56,142 nt of DNA from Tubiluchus corallicola. Lineage: Eukaryota; Animalia; Priapulida. Under the pieces are notes generated by a model that saw only the letters and a program-made list of their open reading frames with translations, did no database searches and was not told the DNA's origin. This document shows, one piece after another, positions 1 through 13,203 of the stretch (the stretch's first letter is position 1; each line of letters opens with the position of its first letter). The position numbers and the translations under genes are program-made. The stretch lies in NCBI GenBank assembly GCA_030141605.1, contig JAQGDQ010001193.1, positions 1-56,142 of the forward strand, written 5' to 3'.

Positions 1-349
1 AATCAAAAAAACATGCAAAATAATTAACAAAAAACATCAACAATTTAAATCAGAAGCAATCTAGAAAACTAAATTTTAAATTTAACTTTCAAAGAGGGAA
101 CTGAACCATGCCGAAAAATATATGATTTAAAATTTTAACAAAAGTGTCTGAATAATAAACAAAATAAAAGGAAAATAAACATAATCAACAAAGTTTGAAT
201 CACAGAGCAAAAATCGATACTGTTGGCTAATTTGTATTGTAATTCATGCAATCCTATCTTACTGAGTGAATACATGCATGACATTTTCCTAAAATATGAA
301 CTTATGATAGAAATTATGCTATCATGAAAATATACTATCATAACATAGT

Positions 350-553
350 TGTGTATCGCAATCGCAATCTATTATCTTTCTTCCTACCATTTCCACTAAC
401 ACATCCTTCTACCCTTCCTGTGTGGTCTAACCTTTCTCCCAGTTCTTTTTTTTGTTCACTCATCCATTCTTTTTTATCGGGTTCACATGACAGTGGGCTT
501 ATACAAGCCTCTGCTTCTCTAGCCCACTGCAGTACAATTAATCTTTTATGATA
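350..553. repeat. Dispersed repeat; inverted copy at ~31814-32010
   Basis: ..cgggttcacatgacagtgggcttatacaagcct..gcttctctagccc.. present in both. Confidence 0.8.
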
Positions 554-779
554 ACATAGCGTATGAAATATAACAACTTAATACAGTATGAAGTAGCAAT
601 TTTGGTGTCACCGTGCTTAATGTCATTATATTGTACTGAATGTGATAATAATAATAATAAATAAAAATAAATAAAATAAAAAAATAGTCAGAAAATTCAC
701 AAAACAGAAAAACAAAAACAACTGTCAAATTTATGAGGAGAAGTAATGAAAAACTAATGTAAGCGAAATTTTTGAGCAG

Positions 780-1340
780 CTGATCTGAAGATGGAATCGC
801 TAACGAATTCTCTTAGAAGTTTGTTCCACAGCAATGTGCCACAATGTTTAGAGTGCCCACCTCTCCTGAATTGAGATCTTTTCTATCGGCATTGCAAGGA
901 ATTATGAAGAATTTCAACAATTCTGGTGAAACATTTTTGTTTATATAAATCGGGCGAGGCACCAAAATTATATTTATGCACGAATGTGAAAAGTTCCAAT
1001 TGGTAGCAGTCTTTAAGTTTAAGTAGATTTAACTGTATACAAGATGGTGTGGCATGAACAAACTTTTTTTGCTGTGTGAGACACTTAATATTTATTTTTA
1101 ACAACAGACTGTCTCTGTCGAAGGCTTAAGAGAAGAGACGTTGACAGAACTCCAGGATAATATGCAATAATAGAGATATGGATAGATAGTGATTAACAAA
1201 GAATTTTCAGGATGAATTAAGGCACTCAGAAAATTGAGTTTGAAGAAATCCTGGCTGTTTTGCTAATTTTCTGACTAGTGGTTTGTGTTCGCGTCTGCCA
1301 TGTGAGTTCATTTTTCGATATGAAATCTTAGGTACTTTAA
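780..1340 (-). mobile_element. Decayed LINE ORF2 C-terminal remnant
   Basis: Fragmentary QLNLLKLKD.YQLEL..FVHK and GTLLWNKL-type frames; weak. Confidence 0.4.
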
Positions 1341-2585
1341 GTTGTAAGTTTGTGCGACTGTCTTATTGTTTAAATTTTTAATTTTTATTTTATTTTAATT
1401 TTACATACTTTTAAAAAATAATAATCTTTCTATCTTTTATATCATTCCATATATGAGTTTCATTCATTACATCATTCCATTTTAAGCACTAATGTTTTTT
1501 TATCATGATTCACTTTAAATTTTCAGATTATCTCCATTACGTTTTTTTTTCTATCACTGTGTGGGACAATCTAACAAGCCCTGCTTTTTGATTGCCCGCA
1601 ACACGTTTACCTTCGTATATAAGTGAACAGTGTTTGAGGCTGTAGGCCCTTTCACTAGATATTGTATATGTAACCATTGTAAATGAGTAAGGTGAAATAA
1701 ATGACTTATGGCTACTTATGACTAAATTTACTTTAAAATTGTTTTTTATATCTGCTTGTTTTTTGCCATTAATATATATTTGGACTTGGTGTAGTTGACT
1801 GGTAACTCATTAGTCTGCATCAAGGCATCAGCTTTTTTAATTCTAGTTTAACTTGGATTTGAACTGAATTCAGTTCGTGGCCTTTAAAAAAATCTGTGAA
1901 AAGATGCAAAGAGGAATCATCTGTTTCCTTGACTTTGTTCAGAATAAAAGGAATGCTGATACTGTAGTACGCATCTTTTGGCTTATTGGGGCAACTATGC
2001 CCCTCTAACAGGGTTGCTCGACTTATTTTCTTCTGTTCTTTAAAGGTAAGCTGCTCAACAATTAGTATCAAAATTTTTAAAAAAGAAATTAAGATAATGA
2101 TGATGATAATTGCGAGGACAATGGAAATGATACTAATGATGCCCATGATGCAATCATCATTTTTTTGATGACGACACGAAGATGTCGACGACGATGAAGA
2201 CCATGATGATGATGACGACGACGTCGACGACGGTAACGACGATGATTTTGATACTGATGATGATGCTGATGATGAATCTGATGAATATTGTTATGATTAT
2301 GATAATGATGATGGTTATGATAATAATGATGATGATGATGATGATGATGATGATAATGATGATGATGATGACAATGGAGAATACAGAATTAGTGTCTGGA
2401 GAAAATTTCAAAATAACAAACTCGATTGTGTTTTCTATAATCATGCATTGTAATGTAGCTTTGTGATCTTTTCTGCACATGTCAATTTCAGGTGTTTTAT
2501 TGCAAATATTTTAATTTTTAATTGTCACTGAAATTTCATTATGCGGCCTATAAAACTTAGCAATCCAGCTAAATCATTCACTTAA

Positions 2586-3036
2586 CCCTTTCCTACCCGT
2601 TGTATCCCGTGGGATACGAGAATATTTTCTGCGTTTAAAATTAATAAAATTTTAAAACTGACAGTTATTTGATCTGTTAATAGTTATTTTGATTTAAGCC
2701 AATAACAATAGACTAAAAATGGTGATAAAAAGGCAAACTAGAAAATCTACATAGCATAAAGAACTGCGCAAGGTACAGTACTTTAGAGACGACTTTGTAC
2801 AGATCAGCATAGCGTGCATACTAAATGTCTTAAATACTTTAAAAAATTATCAGCAGTTGCAAAATGAAGCACATTTTATCCTTCCATTGAATCCCAATGT
2901 ATCCCGTGGGATACAGGCTATATTTAGCACGTGGGGTAGAAAAAAATTATTATGTGTAAACAAAATGGACATACTGAACAAAAGTACCAAGCCAAAAGCG
3001 TTTTCTTATCAAAAAAATAATTTGGGACTGAAAGGG
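2586..3036. mobile_element. piggyBac-like MITE, copy 1
   Basis: TTAA|CCCTTTC...GAAAGGG|TTAA; empty TTAA site in the duplicate at ~4427. Confidence 0.85.
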
Positions 3037-3269
3037 TTAAAGTCTTTCGTGATCTGAAGAGGCAGAGTGACGCAGTCGTGGAAGCTCTGTTTTGTCAATG
3101 TCGTCATCTACAAGTTATACAATCTCACTTAGCTTAATTAATTTCTTTTCATTAGAACTGATCATATATGCGTATGTAATGAATAGTCAGTGCTAGGGTA
3201 GCAACTAAAATACATTTGTGTCGTCATTTCATTCACAACATTTCAGTTCTTTGAATTATTTCTGCACAG

Positions 3270-3890
<621 letters not shown>

Positions 3891-5106
3891 CTGCACAGTA
3901 GCTGGATTTGTTGGGAGCTCAGACTTGAAGGTCTACCATTTTGGATTAAGGTGAGTTTTGTAAACATTCCTACTTACATGAAATTTTCTAAATAAAATTT
4001 AGTGAAGTCTTCATTGCCTAAATAAAATTGATGATAGTTCAAATGATGATGACTACGACTATGCAGATGACGATGATGACGATGATGGCAAAAATGATGA
4101 TGATGAAGATACTGATTACAGTGTGATGATGATGATGGTGATGGTGACGACGATGATGACGATGATGATGATGATGACAACGACGACGACGACGATGATG
4201 ATTATCAAATGAGAGAGGACAGAATTAGTGTCAAGTGAAGAGAAAATTTCATAATTTCTAACTCGATTGTATTTTCTCTAATTATACATTGTAATGTAGC
4301 TTTGGCAATCTATTCTTCACACGTCTACTTTTTGCTCTGTTACTTCAAACATTTTAATTTCTTCTGTTGTTACTGAATCTTCATTATGCTGCCTACAAGA
4401 CTTAGTAATCCAGCTAAATTATTCATTTAAATTCTTTCATAAACTGAGGATGCACAATGACGTAGTCATGGAGGCGTAGAAGCTCTCTTTTGTCAATGTC
4501 ATCATCTCCAAGTTACACAACGTCACTCAACTTAATTCTTTTCATTAGAACTGATCATATATGTGTATGTAATGAATAGTCAGTGCTAGGGTAGCAACTA
4601 AAATACATTTGTGTCCTCATTTCATTCACAACATTTGAGTTCTTTTAATTATTTCTGCACAGGAGCTGGATTTGGTGGGAGGTCTGACTCGGAGGTCTAC
4701 CATTTTGGGTTACGGTGAGTTTTGTAAACATTCCTACTTACATGAAATTTTGTACATAAAATCTAGTGAAGTCTTCATTGCCTAAATAAAATTGATGATA
4801 GTTCAAATGATGATGATAATGATAGCGAAAATGATGATGATGAAGATGCCGATGATGGTGTGATGGTGGTGATGATGATGATGATGATGATGGCGAAAAT
4901 GATGATGATGAAGATGTTGATGATAGTGTGATGGTGATGATGATGATGATGATGATGATGACGACGGTGTGGTGGTGGCGGCGGCGATGACGACGACAAC
5001 GATATTGATGATGAATATAAGAACTCAAGGCTGATTATTAATTCTTTTATTTATAGGAAATTGTTTTGAAAAGATCTAATAAGCAAGTTGGTACGAGACG
5101 AATAAG

Positions 5107-5109
5107 ATG
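5107..5109 (+). CDS. EGF/pentraxin gene exon 1 coding part (start ATG only; exon ~5057-5109)
   Basis: AAG ATG|gtaagt strong donor, phase 0, matching the phase-0 start of the 6088 exon; acceptor tttatttatag ends at 5056. Confidence 0.6.
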
Positions 5110-6087
5110 GTAAGTCTGTCATTCATCTAAATCCCCTTTTCATAATTTTTTTTCAAAATACAATGGCAAGATAAGAAATAATCTATGATATCTATCATGA
5201 AACTTGAAACTAATTAAGGCAGCTAAGCTGTTTTTGTACAGCAAATTGCATCGAAAACTTTCAAGAAAAGGGCTGGTGAAAGTATAAAAATTTGCTTTCA
5301 TCTGTAAAGCATGCAAGTTTTTCTTAACATTTTTTTTTGAAAATACACTGCTAAGATAAGAAATAAATAACCATTGTTGTCTTGTGTTAATCTTCTTAAT
5401 TGAAAGAAACCATTGTGTGTGCGCATGCGCTGAATAGAGGTCCAACAGTCTTTTAGATGTAATTTATGATTTTTTATCGTCCAAAGTGGGTAATCATCGT
5501 CTCATCCCAAAATCACTATCACATCGTGACATATTTGACTGACTGACTGACTGACTGACATATTATGAGCGACTCGACTTCGTTTTATCTGAAGCAAATA
5601 AAAACATTTTCTGCTAATCCAATGTTAAAAGGATAATTAACTGCTATAATGAAACTGTATAATAATATTATGAAATATTAAGAAATCAAACTTACATCTT
5701 TGCCGCATCTTACTAACTTGCTAAAGAGAACTCGACTGACAAAATTTTGTTATAAAACGACACGACGTACTGAACAAGAATGACTTCTTTCCTATCCCGT
5801 CTGCAAAATGAGGCCAATGGCCCATTTCCTGTCCTCGCTCACCTGTCTATCAACAGCCTAAATTTGCAAAAAACAAACACCAGGAGGCACCACGTGCTTA
5901 TATCCAAAACACATTGTCATTTCTTTAACGGCCTTCCGACAAATGCGTGATGATTAGTTCACTAGCACTGCATAAACGTATCAACTTTAACGTGTAACAC
6001 GAATGCTGTCATGCCAGGTACATTTTATTTTTCCTACCTGTAATGTGAGGAAAATGAAAATGATAAAATAATAATTCTTTTTATCAG

Positions 6088-6178
6088 GTGAGAGAATTTG
6101 AAACGATATTTACCGGTTCTTTTCTAACTGTAGTGGTATTCCTTCTTCAGTATACAGAGGTCAGGACAATATGCGTAG
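6088..6178 (+). CDS. EGF/pentraxin gene exon 2, signal peptide (VREFETIFTGSFLTVVVFLLQYTEVRTICV)
   Basis: tttttatcag acceptor, TAG|gtaag donor, hydrophobic core; phase 1 joins to D-L-N-E-C of the EGF exon. Confidence 0.75.
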
Positions 6179-6631
6179 GTAAGAATACACATCTAGCTCA
6201 AATTCTACCTTTTTCCTGAAGTAAAATAATTCGTTGTATTGGTTGTGTGAAGCTGATTCTTGGTGTTTTAGGGATGGCAAAACTATAAAGAGTCTGATTA
6301 TAAAACTACACGTTTATTGAACATCAAATACAATAGATATAACAGATAGTAATACCATCTGGAACACAGATAAAATAGCATGGCATTTGAACTGAAAGAT
6401 TGATTTTGTACATATTAAGGCCAGTGTGAACCTGCCTCAATGTATTCTAGTTTTGTAGTTTCCTATGTCCTAAGTTAGCGCCACGTTGCTGTTAACTTTA
6501 GAGTATATTTATTGGCCTAGTTAAGTAGTTGTTGTATTTTTAGAATTCTATTGGAGTTAAGCAATCCTGTACAAACTAGAGAAAGTAAGCTTAATTCATC
6601 ATCATATATAAAATAAGATAAGACCGTGTAA

Positions 6632-6669
<38 letters not shown>

Positions 6670-6929
6670 GCACGCACGCACGCACGCACGCGCGCACCAT
6701 TTATATTTCAACATTAATTTACCTTGCTATTTAACTTTCGACTCGATACATGGTCTCTTCATCAGAACTAACAAGAAGGCGTGTACCGTGTTTTTATATA
6801 CAAGATTTTTTAATGCTAACATGATCATTACCATCTTAAAAATGGTTTTACTAATTAATAATATTTTCGATTACTCGTACTAGTAGCACTTTATATATAA
6901 TGCAGACTATGGCTTATATTGATTTTCAG

Positions 6930-7067
6930 ATCTAAATGAATGTTCAGCCAATGTTCATAATTGTGATGCAGAACATGGAGTCTGTCAAAACACAAATGGT
7001 AGCTTTACGTGTGAGTGTGACACAGGTTTTTCAGGAAATGGGATGGTATGCAAGGCAACAACCTGGG
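6930..7067 (+). CDS. EGF/pentraxin gene exon 3, calcium-binding EGF domain 1
   Basis: DLNECSANVHNCDAEHGVCQNTNGSFTCECDTGFSGNGMVC: six Cys, DxNEC and CxNxxGSFxC motifs; ag/gt boundaries, phase 1-1. Confidence 0.93.
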
Positions 7068-7150
7068 GTAAGTGCTGTACCTTACCTAATATCAATCTTT
7101 TAAGGTATATTTCGAACATATCAAAATTTTTAACATTGCATGTATTCAGC

Positions 7151-7631
7151 CAGGGGTGTGCAAATTATCTGACTAGCTGGGCCACATTAAACTTTCCTGC
7201 AATTCCTGCGGACCACAGGCAGTTTGATCAAGGAGCGAAGTACAGAAAGGCCTAATAACGATTTTTTGCATCCGACCTGAGTACATCATTACTACTCCTC
7301 TCAAGAAACTATTTTAGCAGTTATTAAGATTTATATTACAAACCATATATTTCTACTTTCAGGACAGATAGTGGTAATTTCATTACAATGCATATTAGTA
7401 ATGTGTATCACACAGTCTGTGTAGTACAGTGACATTAAGCTACAACCGTCTTGTAAGGGTTAATGGCATCCGATCTAGTAGAAAAAACTACCCGCACTAT
7501 CTTTGGCATCGTGTCACGGACATCAGCTGGATACACTCAATTACTCGCCCGGGCTGCACTTTCATTTGGTTGATAAATCTTTTTGCAGGCCGCACAAATT
7601 CTCTCGGCGGGCCGCAATTTGCACACCCCTG
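7151..7631 (+). mobile_element. hAT-like MITE (CAGGGGTGTGCAAATT TIR), copy 1
   Basis: 16-bp TIRs; same family as 7805, 13827 and 27629. Confidence 0.88.
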
Positions 7632-7804
7632 AACTAAAGAGCCAATACTGCAGGGCTTCGTACGTTTCCAAACTGCCACGCTTCAGATGTGTTCCCTCTT
7701 AAGTCTTAGTGCCAACTACCATGGTTTGAGCCTCCATGTTTGCAGTTTGGAAACGTGCGAAGCCCTGCAGTATTGACACACCTTAATCGCTTGACTCTCT
7801 AGTT

Positions 7805-8286
7805 CAGGGGTGTGCAAATTGCGGCCCGCCGAGAAAATTTGTGCGGCCCACGAAAAGATTTGTCAACCTAATGAAAGTGCGGCCCGGGCGATTAATTGAG
7901 TGTATCCAGCTGAAGTCCGTGACACGATCCCAAAGATAGTGCGGGTAGTTTTTTCTACTAGATCGGATGCCATTAACCCTTACAAGACGGTTGTAGCTTA
8001 ATGTCACTGTACTACACAGACTGTGTGATACACATTACTAATATGCATTGTAATGAAATTACGACTATCTGTCCTGAAAGTAGAAATATATGGTTTGTAA
8101 TATAAATCTTAATAACTTCTAAAATAGTATCTTGAGTGTAGTATTAATGATGTACGTAGGTCGGACTCAAAAAAATCGTTATTAGGCCTTTCTGTACTTG
8201 GCTCCTTGATCAAACTGCCTGTGGCCTGCAGGAATTGTGGGAAAGTTTAATGTGGCCCGGCTAGTCAGATAATTTGCACACCCCTG
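7805..8286 (-). mobile_element. hAT-like MITE, copy 2 (inverted relative to copy 1)
   Basis: Reverse complement of 7151-7631. Confidence 0.88.
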
Positions 8287-8586
8287 CTTTAGCTTGAGCA
8301 CCAACACACATTTCCACATCTCTGCGCTTGTGTGTCGCTACCATCACATTATAAAATTGAGCTGTCATCTTTCAAACAATAATTACAAAAATCCTATTTT
8401 AAAAATCCATATTAAATAATAAGTTCAACATGCATGCAGTAATTAATACGCGACAACCCAACTGAAGTATGATCTGTCAAAAGACATGATGTAAACACAA
8501 TTATGTACTAACTTTGAACACTTTTTGTAAATAATAGTTCATCGTTCAGCTGCTTAGCCCAATAAATGACATCTTATTTGTTGCAG

Positions 8587-8821
8587 ATGGTTGTCATGCT
8601 GAACTTTACTTCCCAAAACCAAGCGACACTGATTACTTTTCAGCAGAGGTTACTGGCACCGGACCGATAAGACAGTTCACAGTTTGTGAGTGGATAAAGA
8701 TAGACCAGTCAAGCAACTACAAAAACGCCTTATTTGCTTTTTCCACGCCGACTGTAACAAATGCAATCATTATTTTTCTATATCCAGACTCCAAGGGCAA
8801 ACTGAAATTTCTTGTTAATAA
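8587..8821 (+). CDS. EGF/pentraxin gene exon 4, pentraxin (LamG-like) domain 1 N-half
   Basis: LYFPK..DY...QFTVCEWIK..LFAFS; ttgcag / AA|gtaagt; 235 nt, phase 1-2. Confidence 0.92.
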
Positions 8822-9286
8822 GTAAGTGTATAAGTTAGCAGTCTTTTATAATGACGCCTGTTAGTGTTTATGCAGTTTTTCTTTGTTTTAAGCATTTTCC
8901 TGCAGTGCACCTCTTGTGTTAACTGTGAAATGCAATCAAGATCTTTCCTGCTTTATCATTTGAGGAAACCTCTGAGTTGATCTATCGAGCTTTTGGCACA
9001 TCATGCAGGGAGAATTTCTTCCTTGACAAACAAATTTTTTCCTACCCATCGTAATAATCGACATGTAGTGATTGTCATTTCTAAGATAAATAACATCACC
9101 CCGAATTGTGAGTTGGAGTTAGACTTTTTTCTTCCATGAACAACTCCAGACACCTGCTTCTAGATAGTGAATTGGTGTGTCCTTCTTCTCAGAAGAGACC
9201 GATTTCTTACTTTTACAGTCGTTCTAAGAATGTTTTTTTCGCTCAGAAGAAAAGCAATAAGCTTTTCAGACTGTTAATTATTTGTA

Positions 9287-9872
9287 TGCTTGCATAGCAA
9301 AATCGTCCACAAGTCGGTAATGAAGCTCTTCTAGTTATTCACAATCTCCATTTCATGAGGGTCATTTTGGTACCAAGTTCATCGCTCTATGTTATTTCTA
9401 AACTGAAACCGAGGTGCATTGAAATTGAGACGCAAGTGATGCAATCTTGAGAAAATCGATGTTAAAGTCAGCCATTGTTTTTTGTAGTGTTTCTACAAAA
9501 CACTTAGTAACCGCATAAATGTTGGTTGCTATGGACTTTGCAAGAACACATTGAAGTTATGTTTAAATCCAGTAGATGGCACTTCTTGACAAGATCTGGG
9601 ACTTACAGCAGAAAAAACCCGAAGCAAAATGACTGTTTCCAGAGTTTGAAAATACAAGTTTTTTAATATTGCTGTACTAGTTTCTAGATAGAAAATTGGG
9701 TAGGGGTTAGGGGTTATAAAAATAAATTTTTAGAATTTTTTGGACATTTTCCTGATATAATTTCCTTTTATAAAAAACAAAAAATTTATATTTGACCAAA
9801 TTTTTGGTGCATTTTACTTGAAGCATCATAACGTAGTTTTAACTATGCCGAGTTATGGACGGTTTTGTATAT
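9287..9872. mobile_element. TIR element (tgcttgcatagcaaaatcgtcca...); duplicate at ~15831-16416
   Basis: Imperfect TIRs; absent from the paralogous intron at ~21860; reverse copy at 37189-37792. Confidence 0.72.
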
Positions 9873-10131
9873 TTCGTCTTTGATATTGATCAACTGGTGC
9901 CATTTCTATTGTGGAATCTATAACTATTACATTATTGTTTTGTTATTTCACAAGGATGTTGCCATGTTGATATGGGGGTGGGGGGTGGCTAACTAGGTGC
10001 CACAAACCCTAGTTACGTCAGTGTGCTTGTCTGCCTGTTTATCACCCTGTAGATGTGACTGTTGACTGGACAACGTGTCTAACTCACTGACCGTCCATTT
10101 ATCCATCCGTTCATTAGTCACATCCACACAC

Positions 10132-10476
10132 TAGGGGTGAGCATCGAACGTTCGAGTTCGAACGAGTTTTTTCAGCGCTTCAATCACACATGCTCTTTAT
10201 CACTAAAACGATTGAAACATCATGCAATTAGCATAATTTAGCTGTGATTTCTGCACACAATTTTAAACAAATTACTAGTCGTTTTATTGCAGAACAAAAT
10301 CTAGTGATATGCAGACTAATTTTTAATGGTGGTTCGAAAACTTGTTCGAAAATCTTTCGATCTCAATTCGAATTCGGTTCGAATTCGAAACACTGAAGTT
10401 CGGTTCGATTCGAATTCGAAAGTCACAAATTCTGTTCGATTCGAATTCGCTTTCTGGTAGAGAATGCTCACCCCTA
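10132..10476. mobile_element. hAT-like MITE rich in TTCGAA (TAGGGGTGAGCAT TIR)
   Basis: 13-bp TIR, 8-bp TSD ccacacac. Confidence 0.9.
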
Positions 10477-10678
10477 CCACACACACATGTGCGTGTGCGT
10501 GTATGTAAGAATCGACATGTAGTAATTGTCATTTAAGAGTTAAATGACATTAAACTATTTTGACATTAAAGGTATCACTGACGTAACAATAACTGTAAGC
10601 TATGACTGCAAATTTATATATCTTTCAGGAGAAACGAAAACAGTTACTTTGATTCACTTACAAAATTTACATTTTCAG

Positions 10679-11109
10679 TGATTACGAATATGTTGACTCT
10701 AACACTATTACACAACTTCACGATGGCAAATGGCACCACTTCTGTCTTATCTGGGCTGCAGGATCTTACGGACACAGGATTTACATAGATGGGTCTGAAG
10801 TATACAAGGGTATTAATGATAAAACGTTCGGTGGAAATGTTGGTCGCAGCGGGAGTTTGGTGTTAGGACAAGATCCAGATATCTACCCAGTTGGAGGTTT
10901 TGAAATGGACGAATCTTTTGTGGGTTCTTTAACAGGTGTAAATTTTTACGATTATCAGCTAACAGCTGATAATGTCAGTAGCTTGTATGCTGACTGTTAT
11001 GCAAGTGGTGGAAATGTATTCTCATGGTGTGATGCTAAGACCTGGACATTACATGTTGGTGTAATCAAAAGAGCCACTGACCTGACGTGCAGCCCTCCTG
11101 AAAAACTAG
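10679..11109 (+). CDS. EGF/pentraxin gene exon 5, pentraxin domain 1 C-half
   Basis: DGKWHHFCLIW..IYIDG..LVLGQDPD..GGF..SFVGSLTGVNFYD..GNVFSW; 431 nt, phase 2-1. Confidence 0.93.
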
Positions 11110-11403
11110 GTAAGTAGTTCTTCTTCCTCACAAGTTTTTAAGACATCATTTTATAACTGTTGATTGTGTGTCGTGTCATCTTGCAATTATCTACTAGAAT
11201 GGAATAAAATTTATAGACAGTTTGCAAAGCACGAGTATATTAATTACGCATGAATAGGAAATCAGATAATTCATAATTACGGTTTTTGATCCGACAACGG
11301 TGTAATATATTCTTGCGAAACAATTTCAATAAGAAAAGTGTCAGTTAAGTACAAACTAAAAAGGTAGATTTACACAAAAATTCGAGGCTGGATTTCCAAA
11401 CAT

Positions 11404-11958
11404 GTTGTTGTTGTTGGCATCCTTCTGTCTCGGAAGACAATGGAGTGTGCGCCAAGAGAGTCAGTTATTGATCACATTGATGGAGCTGCAGCGTCGACTG
11501 TGGCTGAGCAGTCCGATCCTTGAACCACTGGAATGACCTCTCCAGGGCACACGCCTGGGCAAGGTGTATGGAGATCCTTAGTTGCCCAGACAACAGGAAC
11601 CCCCTCTCTTCCTCCCTAGTGTAGTCCAAAGGAAAGCGGTGCAATACGTTTGGTACCAGATCGGCTGCAGGAGCTGCCGGAGTCAGTGAGAATGCTGCAC
11701 TGGTCCGCCTTCGGGGCTCCACTCCTGATTTGGAAGGTTTACTCCTCTGCACATGGCCGTTGGATCACTTGACCTCCTCCGCCCTCTAGCTGTTGTGCAG
11801 CTCCTCCGCCTAGTGTCGAGATACAGTGTGGGCATCCCGCAGGCCTACAGCACCTGGTATTCCTAGGCGGTCACCCATCCAAGTACTAACCAGGCTCTAT
11901 GTTGCTTAAATTCGGTGATCAGACGCGAACCGGTGTTTCCAACGTGATATGGCCGTAG
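11404..11958 (-). mobile_element. 5S-rRNA-headed SINE (SINE3-type) with RTE-like body and (CAA)n tail
   Basis: 5S head 11841-11958; 3' end ...cttccgagacagaaggatgccaacaacaac; TSD tttccaaa(c/t)at at 11393-11403 and 11960-11970. Confidence 0.85.
11841..11958 (-). pseudogene. 5S rRNA-derived sequence (SINE head, not a tandem rDNA gene)
   Basis: Reverse complement CTACGGCCATATCACGTTGG...GGTTAGTACTTGGATGGGTGACCGCCTAGGAATACCAGGTGCTGTAGGC; no oligo-T terminator, continues into the SINE body. Confidence 0.9.
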
Positions 11959-12187
11959 TTTTCCAAATATAAGTAATTATGATTAGTAGTTCTGTTCTGA
12001 CGAATCTGCAAATCAAATTCAATAATTTTGAAGCTGTTATTTATGGTTTTTGTCCCACCAACAATGTAATACATTCTTGCAAAACAAATCATAATTAATT
12101 TTCGTGAAGTTATGGGAGAAAATGAAGAAAAGGTTATAAATGATTAAGTTACTATGAATAATGCCAAACATCCAGTGCTTAGTGACC

Positions 12188-12610
12188 CAGGGTTCCCACG
12201 GTCAGGGAAAATCCTTGAAAATACAGGCTATCCTGGAAATTAAGTCATGGAAAAGTAAGGAAAAAAGATAATCTGATAAAAAGTCTGGGAAAATGATGAA
12301 AAGGGAAATTGGAAAGGGTTGCAAAAATAATCACCGTGAACTGATATTTCTTCAAAAATATTGTTCAGGGATTCGTGTTCACATAAAATTTTGCTATGGC
12401 AGGCTACGAGTTTCGATTTTTATTCCAAAAATAATGATTGGCTGGCATATTTTATATCAGTATGTATGAATGTCCATATACAAAAATGTTTGAATACGTA
12501 TACTGGTGATGCAATTTCTGCTGATCTTAACCATGGAAAATCAATATTTGGTAAGGGAAAAGTCAGGGAAAAGTCAGGGAAATTTATTTTAAAATGCTGG
12601 GGAAACCCTG
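12188..12610. mobile_element. Possible hAT-like MITE (CAGGGTT...AACCCTG)
   Basis: Short TIRs and subterminal gtcaggga(a) repeats; no TSD seen. Confidence 0.5.
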
Positions 12611-13159
12611 TCAGTCAGATTCACTATGAAGACAGTTGTGAATAAGCTACAGAATTCAAACTAATATTAAAAGCAATATTGCTGTATGGCATAATAGAAA
12701 AATGTATCAAATCGTAGTGAAAAGGAACCCCCCCTGTAACTGCAATATGCATAACGGCACCTATTTATTGGAAGGTGCTGCCCTCTACGAGTGAAGAGGA
12801 AAGAAAAGGAGAACAATGGTGGTCGCGTTTTTGTTCACAGCAATGTTTTTGTCGTTATTGTGTTGTAATTAATAACAGCGTTTAGTTATAACCAAATTTT
12901 GTACCTTGAGAAATTTTAAATCTTGACGAAGAGCCAACGACGTAAGTTGCATGAATTTAAATAATTTAATTAAGTTACGAATTTCATTCTCTGAAATTTG
13001 AGAAAGTACTTTTGCCAATAAGTTGACTTCTTCGTAATTATTAAGCTTCTGTTTATCATTTTATTCATTTTCTTACTTGTTAATGTTCTCTTTATTATTC
13101 TCTTTAGAATAAACGACTTTGGACATGAATCAAATAGTGAAGGCTTTCTGTACATAACA

Positions 13160-13203
<44 letters not shown>

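Noticed and set aside
1820-2146. 108-aa minus-strand ORF
   Set aside because: N-terminus is a (CAT)n tract; no recognisable domain or partner exons
2157-2480. Poly-I/M/D/H/S ORFs (also 3974-5028, 39890-40114, 42385-42794, 53072-53481, 55756-55956)
   Set aside because: (GAT)n and (TAA)n trinucleotide tracts; no coding complexity or splice support
9697-9715. gggtaggggttaggggtta as an interstitial telomere
   Set aside because: Only two to three imperfect units inside a TIR element
11841-11958. Functional 5S rRNA gene
   Set aside because: No terminator, not in a tandem array, several substitutions, and fused to a SINE body inside a TSD
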